Part shown: piece by piece, positions 1 through 13,029 of the stretch | Position numbering within the stretch: the first letter of the stretch is position 1 | Layout: each line of letters opens with the position of its first letter | Program-made: the position numbers and the translations under genes | Assembly: GCF_009914755.1 (NCBI RefSeq) | Contig: NC_060930.1 | Origin: the human T2T-CHM13v2.0 reference genome, Homo sapiens | DNA length: 64,000 nt | Direction: 5' to 3' (one strand) | The notes under the pieces: model-generated | Seen by the model: the letters and a program-made list of their open reading frames with translations, nothing else | Databases searched by the model: none | Told to the model about the DNA's origin: nothing

Positions 1-75
1 AGATAATGCTTGTGGAAGTGTGTCCAGCAATACCTGGCACGCAGTGAGTGCTAAGTAAATATGTGTTGAATGTTC
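1..75 (+). mobile_element. MIR/L2 3' end fragment
   Basis: cctggcacgcagtgagtgctaagtaaatatgtgttgaatg resembles the shared MIR/L2 terminus (cctggcacatagtaggtgctcaataaatatttgttgaatg). Confidence 0.55.
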
Positions 76-141
76 ATGAATTCATACAAAGAGAAACCAT
101 AAAACAATCGAAGTATGCACATTATTTATAAGAGCTATGCA

Positions 142-465
142 CAGTGGTGTGCTGGTAAATATGAACAATTTGCTCTCCTGGGGTGGAGGACAATTTCAAG
201 CAACAAGGGAAAGCCATTAAATATGGAGTTGCATATCATTATATGGTTTTTCCACCCAAAAGACATTAATAACCTCAAGAACACAAATAATGGTAACATG
301 GAGAAAAATAATGGGGGACTTGTAAGTTTTGAATTTTATTGCCTTTTAAAAATATAATTTATTAAATTTTAAGTGTATAGAATTTAATTTTTATTAATGT
401 CTATGTATAACAACTGGCACTTGAAAATTTAACTATCAGCTCTTCTGAGCTGGTACAAACCCCTA
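142..465 (-). mobile_element. MER63-family hAT DNA transposon (MITE)
   Basis: Starts with the terminus cagtggtgtgctggtaaat; distal end aaaatttaactatcagctcttctgagctggtac resembles the reverse of the MER63 5' end. Confidence 0.7.
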
Positions 466-574
466 TTGTGTGTGTCTACTTACATTTGCTTAAATTAACT
501 GTTTGTGAACTGCACATAATTTATTCCATTATGTGACTCAGTCTTGGCATGGTGGCAGGTCATATGCTCCAGTA

Positions 575-710
575 TGGACAATGAGCTGAATCCCAGCTCT
601 GAGACATGTTAGCTCTGGGACCTTAGACAAGTGACAACATTTCCAAAGCTCATTTTCTTTATTGTTAGAGTTGAAGATTAGGGCTAAAAATAATACTTAA
701 CCCATAAAAT
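575..710 (+). mobile_element. MIR SINE fragment
   Basis: gaatcccagctctg...tagctctgggaccttagacaagtgac...ctcattttctttat MIR core. Confidence 0.6.
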
Positions 711-3410
711 TTTTATACATTGAAAGAATTCATGTAAAAAACCTGACATGATGCTTTACGTGACGTGAATTCAGTAATGTTAGTACCATCCTCCATTTCT
801 CCCAATCTTTTTTTGACTTCACAATGTCTAGAGGTAAAACAAACAAACCAAGGAACCAAATAACAATACCCCTTTGGGCCTGATTTTTTAAAAAGTCCTT
901 GAACCAAGTAACCCCACCTAGATTGTGCCTTTGTGTGTTTTTGTATCTTTGTTCTCCAGTCAAAAGCAAGTAACTAGAATTATCTGGAATTGGTGCCACA
1001 CAGAAGTAATTACCATTTACATGAAGCAGTGCTTACATCGATGTGCAGATAAGAAACAACCTTCCCTGGCTCTTCTGAAAGAACTGGGTCCTGAATTTGG
1101 GTCAAGTGAGATGTTACGTCTGGGTTGTAGATGTGTACAAAAAACAAACAAACAAACAAAAAAAGCCTTGAAAATGCTAATGGCAAAAGAGAATTCAGGA
1201 CCCAAACTGAAAACATCTTTTATACATTCATTCCTGACTTTTACTAATTTCAAGCAAAGAGATTGAAATTTAACATATATTTCTAAATTTTACAAAAATG
1301 TGAATTTATGCCGTGTGGAAAAAATCACTATTAATTGAATATTATACCCTTTTTCATATTTTAATAAAGGGCTAATTTTAAACCTCAAAAATAACATAAA
1401 ATCATGAGGGTTGCACATTGACATCTACTGCACCAGCTTCTCAAATATTATGAAGAATTTCTATTTAAAGAAAACCTCCAGTGCATTCATTTTAGCCTTA
1501 CCCATAGGAATGTTTTCAAAGAATGAAAATACCCTTTTCAGATGACAATTTTACCTTTGTGTTTTGTTTTCACTCTCGCTGGATGTACCCAACTAAATAT
1601 CATCAACATGTTCCATCACCAAACTACATGGAAGCAAGTTGCAGGTTACCTAATCCTATTTCTTTTTTAAAATATACTACCGGATACTGCCAGATCCCAA
1701 GCCCAATTTCTAAAAATATCATTAACTATAATTAAATAGTACAAATGGGTACAGAAATAACTAAATTTTATAAATATATGTGATATTTTTCAGTGACCCC
1801 CTTTTCTTCTTCTCCTAGTTGACTTGGTTATTTTACTGTGCATTGGTCAGCACCAAACTTTGAACCTGGGAAATTGGAAAAGTTAAAATTCCAAAAAGTC
1901 AATATTTCAATTTATTAATAACTCTTTTCTAAAAATTTGATTAAAACTGTAGTTTACAATATTCTCTAAAACTGGGTATTGGAGAGCTTAATAGTTTCTT
2001 TCTAGCCAGAGTTATGAAAAGATTGCTCAAGGTGGGTTTAGTTTTTACCAAGTTACCCCCCTCTATGCCTGTGCACCTGCATCTGTGTATCTGCGCCTGT
2101 CCTTGTGCCTGTCCTTGTGTAGATGTTACAGCATGTGAGTGTGTCTGGGCTCCTGACTCTGAGAGTGGAGGATGTGTTTTGGATTCAAGGATGAAGAGTA
2201 AACCCAATAGACCATGACTCATTTTGAATCTCACAGGTCAGAAATAGTGATGTCGACTCAAAAGATACATTTGCGGAGTTCCTATTATACTCTAGTCCGA
2301 CTTCTGGGTTCTGAATCCTGGGTCACAAAGACGAATAAAACATAAAATCTGCTCTGATGAGGTTTATAACCTATTGAAAACAAATATGCATATATATGTA
2401 TTTTTAGTACAATCTGCTCTTCTCAAAAAGAAATTGACACACTTTTGTGTTGGTGACACGTACTAAGGCGATTAGGGGGCCCTTTTATTTTTAAAGGACA
2501 CTAGTCTGCTGAATAAGTGAACAATTCTTCTCTAAACTGATTCATTAAAGAAAAGAAATAATTTGTTTTGCTAGTATTAACAGAGCAGAAGGGGGCATAG
2601 AAAGGATCAGAAGATGAATTTCCTAGTGCATCAGAAGTTGAATACCAATGTTCTTCAACACACACACACACACGGGCACAAAGGATGTGGAAGGGAGAGA
2701 GGAAGACCAAGCCTGTAGAGCCTCTCAGAGGAGTTTCCATTTGTCATAAAAGTAAAGTAAGAGCTCAACAAGCAAAGAGGGGAAAAGAGGGTAAAGAACT
2801 TCCCAGACAGAGGGACAAAGCCCCAAGGAAAAGTGAAGAAAGTACAGAGTCCTTAGGAGACAGAGAGTGGCCTGCAACACTGGAAACAAGGTGTGCATGG
2901 GGAAACTGGAAGGAGAAGGCTGGAAAAATGATTGCACACACTTGGTTGCTTCTCTGAACACAGGGCCAGGGGTTAGATTTGATTCCTGAAATCTGTGGGA
3001 GGTTTGAGGAATGGCACAGTCAGGTCTGTGCTCCTGTGTTGCATGGACAGCAGTGAGGAGAATGGGTGGACGGGCAAGAGGCTGCGGTGAGGGAAGTGGG
3101 GTAGGAAGTCCTTTGGAATCTGAAGTGAGGTGGTAACCATGGGATTATCGAAAAGCAGTCTTTTGAGAAAACATGTGTCAAAACTGACAGAAGTTGGAGA
3201 TCTTTTGGATGTGGGTGTGTGAACAAAACCCAAGATGGGAACAAAGCCAAGATGCTGCAGGGGACTCGGGCTCAAATGGACGCTGCTAGCCTTAGTCCAG
3301 ATGGGGAGGTAGGAGAAGTAGGTGTATGAGGAGAAGGCTGGGTTTGGTTTTGATGATAAAGCAGTTTAAACACAACAGCATCCATGAGATGGAAAAATAG
3401 ATGTAAAGTC

Positions 3411-3714
3411 ATGCTGTGCAAGTCGGCAGCCACTAGCACACTGAGCATTGAAATATGCCTACTGTGTGCTGAGATGTTGTAAGATTAAAATATACAAGAG
3501 ATTGTAAGGCTTGATATAGATTAAAAGAATGTACAATACTTCTTTTATCATTTTCATGGTGATTACATATGGAAATGATAACATTTTGGATGTAATAGGC
3601 TAAATCATATATGTTAATCAAATTAAATTCACCTTTTATTTTTACTTGTTTAATGTGGCTACCAGAAACTATTAAATTTGCACATATATCTCATATTTCT
3701 ATTGGACAGTGCTG
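3411..3714 (-). mobile_element. MER33 (hAT-Charlie MITE)
   Basis: Ends in tttctattggacagtgctg; internal gaaatgataacattttggat and ttaatgtggctaccagaaa match MER33. Confidence 0.8.
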
Positions 3715-3739
3715 ATGCAAGTGGTACAACTAAGACTAG

Positions 3740-4089
<350 letters not shown>

Positions 4090-4139
4090 AAACCATAGAG
4101 GACTTTCAATGCTAGACTAAAAGAAATAGAACTTAAATT

Positions 4140-4360
4140 CTAGGTTATCAACTCTCCCCACCCCCAACCCCCACACCCAGAAAGCATTTGGCAATCTCTG
4201 GAGATATTTTTGCTTGTCACAACTAGATGAGAGGGGTTTGCTTGTGGCACTTAGGGTTAGAGACCAAAGACGCTGCTAAATAAACAGCCTACATAGCCCC
4301 CTAAAGCAAAAAAAAAATTTCTGGCCCAGAGTGCCAATAGTGCTATGATTGAGAAACCTG
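4140..4360 (+). mobile_element. MER20 (hAT-Charlie MITE)
   Basis: catttggcaatctctggagatatttttgcttgtcacaact...gctgctaaa...ccaatagtgctatgattgagaaacc. Confidence 0.8.
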
Positions 4361-4558
4361 GCTCTAGGTAATGAGGAGAGATTCCAGATTGATGATCCAC
4401 AAGCAGACTGCATTTCTTTGCATTCCCAGCTATGTGTAATATATGTGCACTTTAATCAAGAGAGCTGAACAATTTACACTGTGTTCTCCATTCTTGCATA
4501 GTCCATGGCTACAAATATGCCTATTTCCTTTTTTTGGGGGGGGGTGGGGTTCTGTCCA

Positions 4559-5360
4559 TTTTTTTTTCGTTGTTGTTGTTTTTTATTTTATTTTATTTTA
4601 TTTTACTTTAAGTTCTGGGATACATGTGCAGAATGTGCAGGTTTGTTACATAGGTACATGTGCTTATTTGATACATGTGCCATGGTGGTTTGCTGTATCT
4701 ATCAACCCATCATCTAGGTTTCAAGCCCCACATACATTAGGTATTTGTCCTAATGCTCTCCCTCCCCTTGCCCTCAACCCACCAACAGGCCCCAGTGTGT
4801 GACGTTCCCCTCCCTGTGTCCATGTGTTCTCACTGTTCTACTCCCACTTATGAATGAGAACATGCAGTGTTTGGTTTTCTGTTCCTGTGCTAGTTTGCTG
4901 AGAATGATGGTTTCCACCCTCAACCATGTCCCTGCAAAGGACATGAACTCATTCTTTTTTATGGCTGCATGGTATTCCATGATTTATATGTGCCACATTT
5001 TATTTATCCAGTCTATCATTGATGGGCATTTGGGTTGATTCCAAGTCTTTGCTATTGTAAATTGTGCTGCAATAAACATACATGTGCATGTGTCTTTATA
5101 GTAGAATGATTTATAATCCTTTGGGTATATACCCAGTAATGGGATTGCTGAGTCAAATGGTATTTCTGGTTCTAGATCCTTGAGGAATCGCCACACTGTC
5201 TTCCACAATGGCAGTGTAAAAGTGTTGTTATTTCTCCACAGCTTCACCAGCATCTGTTGTTTCCTGACTTTTTAATAATCACCATTCTGTCATAAGATGG
5301 TATCTCATTGTGGTTTTAATTTGCATTTCTCTAATGACCAGTGATGATGAGCTTTTTTTG
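4559..5360 (-). mobile_element. L1 (L1PA8-like), 5'-truncated: ORF2 C-terminal remnant, 3' UTR and A-rich tail
   Basis: ORFs 4984-5253 and 4774-4980 give the L1 ORF2p C-terminus (PLWKTVWRFLKDL...PKCPS; MEYHAAIKKNEFMSFAGTW) split by a frameshift; 3' UTR ttacttta agttctgggatacatgtgcagaatgtgcagg; small internal deletion near 5210. Confidence 0.92.
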
Positions 5361-6043
5361 CATGGCTGTTATTCTTCAGGTTGATGCTTCATGGAATTTT
5401 ATTGAGCCTTGGAAAGAGAACACCAATCAGTGTAATGAACCAACCTGTTCCAATAAATAGAACACTGATTTAGAAGTGACCTAAAAGTGAACTCATGAAA
5501 GTCAGGAATGTGTTTGCACTAATTTGGAATTTTATTTTCAATTTTCCTCTGATATAAGAGATGTTGATATAGCAAGAGACAGAAACTGTCCTTATTGAAT
5601 TTCCATCTGGAAGTAAAAAAATAATAGAAATACTAGAGTAACTCCCTCCCAATTTTGCAAATTCAAAAACAGAGCCCTGGAATGAACTATTGTTTGTAAA
5701 ATCACTGGCACATAGTAGGTATTTAATAAATGTAATTTATTCTCTTTTCTTTACCCATTCCAAGAAAAATGTGCCTGGGTAAAATGGTTCTGACTTCTAG
5801 AAGCAGACACACATTTTACAGGATTTTTGCTTTTCAAAACTAGGCCCAGGATATCATTTTTAACTAACAAAATTCCCCATTTCCTAATTACTTCAAGCTA
5901 AAAGTAGGATCAGGACAATGAATCAAAATGCTATCAAGAAATATGCAAAAAGCATATGCCCTGCAACCTAAAACTCTATCTAGCAAAAACAGTCCAGCAA
6001 ATAAAGAAGCCACCTGAGCAGTAACTGACAGATGCGATAGAGC

Positions 6044-6066
6044 AAAAAAAAAAAAAAAAAAAAAAA
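6044..6066 (+). repeat. poly(A) tract (A23)
   Basis: Direct observation. Confidence 0.95.
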
Positions 6067-6465
6067 GTTCTCTTGATTATTTTGTTCTATCTAATGGCAT
6101 TAAACCTCACCTGTATGTTGGTAACTATGAAATTTTTATCTCCAGCCTAGACCCCACCCCTGAATTCTGAGCTCATATAGTCCCCTGCCTTGTTGGCATG
6201 TCTAGTTCAATGGCCACATGATGTCTCAAACCTTCTACGTACAAACCAAACTGCTAATTTCCAACCCCAAACATGCTTCTCTAGTGGCCACCCCATTTCA
6301 ATTGATGGAAATTCCAAACTTCTAGCTCTTTAAGCCATAATCCTTCACTGCATTAACTTCAAAAGTATATCCAGGGAACTAATCCTTATTGTTATCACCT
6401 CATTTTCATCCTTACTACTCTATGATGATCTCTCTCCTCTGCATCACTGTAATCACTATCTAAAT

Positions 6466-6663
6466 CAGAAGTGTCCAATCTTTTGGATTCCCTGGGCCAC
6501 ATTGGAAGAAAAAGATTTGCCTTAGGCCACACATAAAATACACTAACATTAACAATAGCTGATGAGCTAAAAAAAAAAAAAAAAGAAAAAAAACACAAAA
6601 AAAATCTCATATTTTAAGAAAGTTTATGAATTTGTGTTGGGCCACATTCAAAACTGTCCTGAG
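6466..6663 (+). mobile_element. MER30 (hAT-Charlie), lacking its 3' end
   Basis: gtgtccaatcttttggattccctgggccacattggaagaa...cacacataaaatacactaac...gaatttgtgttgggccacattcaaa. Confidence 0.88.
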
Positions 6664-6814
6664 CTTCCACTCTTGCTCCTGAGTCCATTCTCATCACAGC
6701 CACCAGGATAATGCTTCTAAAACATAAGTTAGAGTAAGTTACTCCCATCATCGTCATTACATTTCACTCAGCATAAAAGTTAAAGTCCTTGAAACACCCT
6801 TCGATGGCCAACAT

Positions 6815-7005
6815 CAGGAACCTCAAATTTGTTTGTAAAGGGCCAGAGAGTAAATATATTAGGCTTTGTGGACCAGACGGTCTGTGTTTCAACTATTTAA
6901 CTTAAAGCAGCTAATGAAAAAAGTGTAAATGAATGGCTGAGGCTATGTTCCAATAAAGCTTTATTTACAAAACCAGGCAGCAGGCCAGATGTGGCCTGAC
7001 TCCTG
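6815..7005. mobile_element. MER58A (hAT-Charlie MITE)
   Basis: tgtaaagggccagagagtaaatatattaggctttgtgg...gttccaataaagctttatttacaaaaccaggcagcaggccagat. Confidence 0.85.
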
Positions 7006-7485
7006 CTTAATATTCTCATTTCCTGCTTTATTTTTCTTCATTACACTTAATATTACCTGGCATACTGCTTATTTACTTGTTTATGTCTTTTCTAATTAGA
7101 ATATAAGCTACAGGAAAGAAGACGCATCATCTCGTTACGCAGTATCTTCAGTACGTAAAACAATGCCTGGCACATAGTAGGCATTCAATAAATATTTGTT
7201 AAATGAATGAGTGAAGATGAAGATGCAGCCATACAGAAAATCACTGGTCTTCTGGCTAGTATATCACTGTACATGCAATTAAAATGTACAGTCCACTGAA
7301 AATACCACTGTGCATCTATGTCTTTACATTAGGGAAATATTTTCCGACACCATCATCTAGATTTCTTGATCGTAAGGGTACATAAGGAAAACTGTAAATT
7401 AGAATAACGGAGAAGAATTTCTTATGTTCCTATAAGAAACATGTTTGAAAATCACTTTCAATATCTATCATCTCATTTCACCTTG

Positions 7486-7486
<1 letters not shown>

Positions 7487-7537
<51 letters not shown>

Positions 7538-7555
7538 GTTGTTGTTTATATATAT
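7487..7555. repeat. Compound microsatellite (TA)n(TTG)n(TA)n
   Basis: Direct observation. Confidence 0.95.
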
Positions 7556-9328
7556 AAAGCCTTTTATCCACATTTACTAATTAAAGAGAAAACAAAGAGG
7601 TTAAAAAGCTTTCTGAGAGTCGAAGAATTAGTTACACCTTCATAGAGCCAAGCCTAGAGCTTATGTCTAAGGTTGTTTCCACTGTGCAATTACTTTGCCA
7701 TGAGGTATTTTTCTCTTATGGTACATTTGATTCTTGGTAGTTAAGGTTTTATGTTGTACAATAAAAGAGGAATATATTCAGGGGGAAAAATGAGAAGAAC
7801 TTTGTACCCTGAACTACTCTGCAAAGTTGTGGGAGAGAGCAAGGCAGTTAAATTTACCCATCCTTGAAAATAATATTTCTCTCTCTAGGCTTTAATAAGA
7901 GAATTATTGGGTGCTAAATGACAGTTTGCTAGTGAGAATGAAGAATGAAGGCAATATTTACTGGGAAGGTAGTAAAAACTTTAAAAAGTAACCAAACCTT
8001 TAAACTTCTATGACCTCTGTTTCTCTAGAGACTTTTCCATTGGGTTTTGGCAAGGGCACTCATGGTCTTGAAAACTCTTCTGAGAGTTCTTCCAGCTTCT
8101 TTCTTCATCATGGGTTTGGGGAGCCAGTATCTGTTTTCCTAATGGCAAAGAGGCAGGCAGTGAGATTTCTGAATTCCTGTGTCTGAGGTCAGTCATATCC
8201 TAAGGGAGAAATAGAAATGTGAAACAGTCCTTTTTCAGTATGACATTCTGATTTATGACATTTGGTGTGTTATGGCATTGCTTCTTTTGGAGATAAAATG
8301 AATATAAATTTAATGCAAATATGCCTTATGTTTTCCAAACTAACAGCTGAAACATGTAACCTCTCAACACCTGAAATGCAACTTACATATAAAAGGACAT
8401 TTCAACATTTTCTGGCTTCCACATTGGGGATCCTCCCTTCTATCAGTCATCTACAACTATACGATCAGAAAAATCTGTATTATCAACAATTCACAAGTCA
8501 AAAATTTATAATGGTATCCTAGAGAATAAACTCCTGATTTGAAATGACTCCTTGAGCAATGGATTGAGAGAGAACTGGAGCTGCCTCTTGGCTCAGCAGG
8601 AATATAGAGGTGGTATGGTTGTGGAAGGGGGAGGTAGAGACACAGTGCCATAGGTTTGTCTTTCCAGAAGCTCTGTCTTACAATCTTAACCTTTTCTCTC
8701 AACATCCCCTTTCAGCTCAGGCTCCCTCCTGCTGCCAAGCCATTCTGTGGTCATGCTTCCCCTGGTTTAAAAGGCTGCTCATTCTGATCTTTTCCTAAAA
8801 TGCAGTCCCTCCAGTGCTCTAGAACCATGCCCAAGTTCTACCCTCTCCCTAATTACTCTAACCTCTCCCACCTTCAGACCCCAGTGCCCATTTTAGTCTT
8901 TGCCATTCAATTTAGTGCTTCTTGTTACTTCCTAATACTTAAATATTTCATATATGATCATCTCCCCTCTTTTAACTTCAGACCAAGTCTGAATATTTGA
9001 ATTTATTTAAATCCTTCAATAGTGGATTCCACATAGTGAAGGTGCATAAAACAAATGACTTTTAACTTTCTTGTATATGTTAATTTCCCTTGCATTTTTG
9101 GGCTTTGTAGTTGCTGTGAAATGAAATCCAAATTTTTTTAGCATGACATGCAAAGTCCTTTCTGGTCTGCAGCTAGCCTACCCCTCCAGGCTCATTTTGC
9201 ACTGTTCTCAAGGCTGCCACCTCCCCTCCCTACATTACCATCCCACAACACACACACACACACACATACATCTTGTAGATTAGAGCAGTGCTGAACTACT
9301 TGGCACTCCTCAAGTTTGCCTTGTTTTG

Positions 9329-9332
<4 letters not shown>

Positions 9333-9361
<29 letters not shown>
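9333..9361. repeat. (TA)n microsatellite
   Basis: Direct observation. Confidence 0.95.
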
Positions 9362-9366
<5 letters not shown>

Positions 9367-9558
9367 CTTTAATAATAAAATTTACTTGTCTGTAAGTCTT
9401 TTTCTCCCAAAAAAAGCTTCTTTTTAAGAATGAGGTTCTTAATGTCTGTCTCTTCTTCATCATCGGTTAGAAGCATTTAATAAATATGGATCACTGTTTA
9501 AAATTTCAAAGGGCATTTTTTAAAATTAAAAATGTAGAAGCAAGGGTTTCCCCTCAGA

Positions 9559-9664
9559 GAGTCCAGGAGGTCGAGGCTGCAGTGAGTTGTGTTCGTGTCA
9601 CTGCACTCTAGCCTGGGTGACAGAGTGAGATCCTGTCGCAAAAAAAAAAAAAAAAAAAAAAAAA
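9559..9664 (+). mobile_element. Alu 3' fragment (AluJ/FRAM-like) with poly(A)
   Basis: gagtccaggaggtcgaggctgcagtgag...cctgggtgacagagtgagatcctgtcgc followed by poly(A). Confidence 0.88.
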
Positions 9665-9699
9665 TTAAATTTGACTAGTAAAATGTGGTTAACAATTTA

Positions 9700-10114
9700 A
9701 AAAGACTCAAAGAGAACTCTAAGCAGCCAAGAATATGCAGCTGCAAAAAAATCAGCTACTACCTCCAGGCTTAAGGAAAGTACATAATAAAGAGACCAGA
9801 GACTTAGGAAAGGGTTTCCCCAAGACTGAGATTCAGATCTCTTCAAAGAGGGTGCAGTCTAAGGGCTCAACCAAAGCTGCCACAGACCCTAGAGCTTCTC
9901 AGAAGCTGCCCGTGATTGGGGAAAACCTGACCTGAAAATGCGGCGGAAGTTGATTTAAAAAATAGGAAACCAGAACCAGTCTTCTATTGACGAAGCCAAA
10001 TGTCATGCCCACTGGCAAAGGAGAACAGTTTACAGGGTCCAGTTCCATTTTCATAAAGCAGAACAGGAAAGCACGTATTTGGAGCTGAAAGACGGTACAT
10101 TTAAAACTGACACA
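9700..10114 (-). mobile_element. Old ERVL-class LTR, LTR41-like
   Basis: Minus strand starts tgtgtcagttttaaatgtaccgtctttcagctccaaat..., resembling the LTR41 5' end as recalled; left boundary approximate. Confidence 0.5.
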
Positions 10115-12735
10115 AGCTTCAGTGTAAAATTAAGATATATATATATATATATATAATATACATATGTAAAAATAAATAGGATTGATATGGGCAAAGTTAA
10201 TCTATCATATTTCATCCCTGAAAGAAAATTATAAATGCTTTTGGATATTTTTATAAGTTAACAAAAATTTTAATACATAACAATGCAAAAGTAATACTGC
10301 CTGGGTTAAATTGGTTACAGGTTTTTAAATCCCAGGAGTTGAACCTAATTTTTTAAAGTTATAGAATCAAAAATTTTATAGAAAGGTAGATTTATGTAAC
10401 CTGAAATGATGAGTTTGAAGTAACTGAAATACTGTCAGGATTCTCTCAGACTATCTTAGCCAGAACCTGCAATAGAAACTGTTTTTCATAGAAGAAAGTT
10501 ATATCTTTCTTCTGCTTTGGAGAAGATGGAAGGCTAAAAACAATAATGGAAAATAAAAACATGTCAATTTATTTATTTTTTGACAGCTAAGCAATGATAA
10601 TTTTATTTAATAGAATGAATAAAACAAATTTTGTTCATAAAAAGAGATAAATCAAACTTATCTATTAGATACTGTCTACAGGATAGAGTACTAGGGGACC
10701 ATAGAATCACAGCTTAGGTTTATTCCCTTGAAATATATATAGAATAAACTATGTCTATTCAGTATCTGTTGTGTTTTCCCTAAATTGTTCCATTACCCAT
10801 GGATTTAGATTTTGTGAGTGCAGTTCGGCATATTGTGTGTGTCATTTTCAGGATGTGTAATCTAGAAACGTAAAATCAATTATGACGACAAACATTGCAT
10901 TACTGAATTCAGAAGACCTAAAGAATGCTAAGAAATTTGTGGAATTGACAACTTGAGAAAACTTTCTTAATGCAACTCATATTGAAAACCAAAGTTTCTT
11001 AAATATAAATGAAAATATTGTCAGACTAATACTTGTTTCCATTAGAAATGAAAGAGCTTGAGACCTGACAGGCTATGGATATTAGAGCACTGGCATGAGG
11101 GACATTAACTGTTGGTTGTATTTTTCCCATAGAGGCATTTATAGCAAGGGCTGTAACTGACTGTGACAGGCTTAGCTTGGTTAGGTTTCTCTTCAGTTTA
11201 AAATCAACACCATGCATCTTCACTGTGTTCTTTCTTCTTTATCTCCCCAACATCAGAAAATTTCTTTCTTTCATTTGCCTTGAATGACCTCCAGACACAG
11301 GCCACTGGTTTTTACTAAGGGATAGGACAGAACCCATTAGATATGCTTATTTGTTTTTCTGGCAAAAATGGCACCCATGATGCTTTGCTGCTTCTCAGAG
11401 AGCTAACTAACCGCTGCACATATGCCATAGGACTCATCTTGAAAGGGCAGGTTGTCCTTGTTGAAAGAAAGTTGTCCTTTCCCTTTGGAGAACATCTGGG
11501 AGTAATATTCCCATGTATCAACTCTGTTAGCTCCTGTCTCACCCACACCAAGACACCTGGCTGCCAGATACACACACTGGCTTGTCAGAATCCATCAATT
11601 CATCGGTAGCACAGAGAGTCTTTGGATTCGGGTGGCCCAATGGTGTAATGCTTACCGGAGAAAATATCACATTTTATCTTTTCTCACTGAACAATAATTA
11701 TCAGAGAAAGTTGATCAGCCACCCGTTGTTATTTTTGTGTCTGGTAAACACTCATCTGACCCCCTTATCCACTTTGTTGAGCATCTATTGCAAAAGTGAA
11801 CTCAGATCAAATTTCTGAAGTACTTATCAGACTTTCATGAGCATCCAGATGTGTTTTTCTCAAGGTAAGTATAGTCAGCCTTTATTCATCTCTGAGCATG
11901 AATATTCTTGCTGTTTTTGATAAGATTCATTATATAACTTAAGAAGGATTGTCTGTATGCTTAGATAGGGTGCTGAAGATTTTTAATGATGCTCAGGTAC
12001 TTCAGCTGTTTCCAAAGAATTCACTATGATTTAAATTCAAACCAGACTGAACTCATCAACACATTTCTTTGATGAATGATTATTTATGTGAGCTGACAAA
12101 GCAGTGTGATTTTTCTATCAGTCATCAAATCTGCCCCTTCACAGTTGGCAATAAATCTTTATTCTTTTCAGTAAGAATGCTCTTAATATGCTTGCAACCT
12201 GCTGTTTGTTGTGATTTTTGAGGTGGATAATGTTAATCCATTTTTTAAAAAATCTGATTCCAACATTATCTAGCTCTTCATCGGGTTCAAAACTAGAAAA
12301 GGCACCTTTCTGCAAATTTACTTGTAAGATAAATGCTCACCAAGGACTTAATAATTTTGGATTGCTTTATCTTAACAGTTACTCAAGGCTCAAACACACT
12401 ATAAAGGAAATTAAAGAAGATAAGAAAATAGAGTATCTTTGCCAATGATGGAAACAAGATGTAATAGATCACCTCTCAATGAACATGACTGTACAGGATT
12501 CCTGTCAAATAATAGGCAAATGTGTCAAATATTTGCTCTCTAGTGACAAGACATTGCTGTTTTCTGATAAAGTAGAAACTTAGGGATTATATCTTTTTAT
12601 CTATTTGTACCTTATTGATCCATCATTATATACTTCTTAATGAACAGCTTTGTAGTTTGCCGCATTTTAGGACTAGTGAAAAGTATAAAGATTTCAAGAT
12701 TGCAAATTTGTCATCTAAACTGGATAAATCTAAAG

Positions 12736-12968
12736 AAAGGTTTCTCAACCTTGGCACTGTTGACATTTTGGGTCGCATAATTCTTTGTTGTGTGAAATTA
12801 TCCTGTTCATTGGAGTATGTTTAGCAGCATTCCTGCTCTCTACCCACTAAATGCAGGTAGTACCTTGTCTCCCCTGGTTGTGACAAATAAAAATGTTTCC
12901 AGAAATTTCCAAATGTCCCTTAGGACATTTTCTTTCCCCTGGGCAGAAAAATCATTCTAGAACATCTG
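12736..12968 (-). mobile_element. MER20
   Basis: ggtttctcaaccttggcactgttgacattttggg...tttagcagcattcctg...gttgtgacaaataaaaatgtttccaga...caaatgtccc. Confidence 0.85.
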
Positions 12969-13029
12969 ATTCAGAGTAAGATCTCCATTATACATCAAAT
13001 GGAGAAAAAAAAAATTGAAGCATGAAACA

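Larger units (their letters stand above)
6125..7212 (+). mobile_element. L2 (L2a-like) 3' region interrupted by MER30 and MER58A
   Basis: tttatctccagcctagacc...; ends caatgcctggcacatagtaggcattcaataaatatttgttaaatgaatga; L2 similarity resumes after each MITE. Confidence 0.75.

Noticed and set aside
4774-5253. ORFs with real protein similarity
   Set aside because: They are frameshifted C-terminal remnants of L1 ORF2p in a truncated L1, not a gene.
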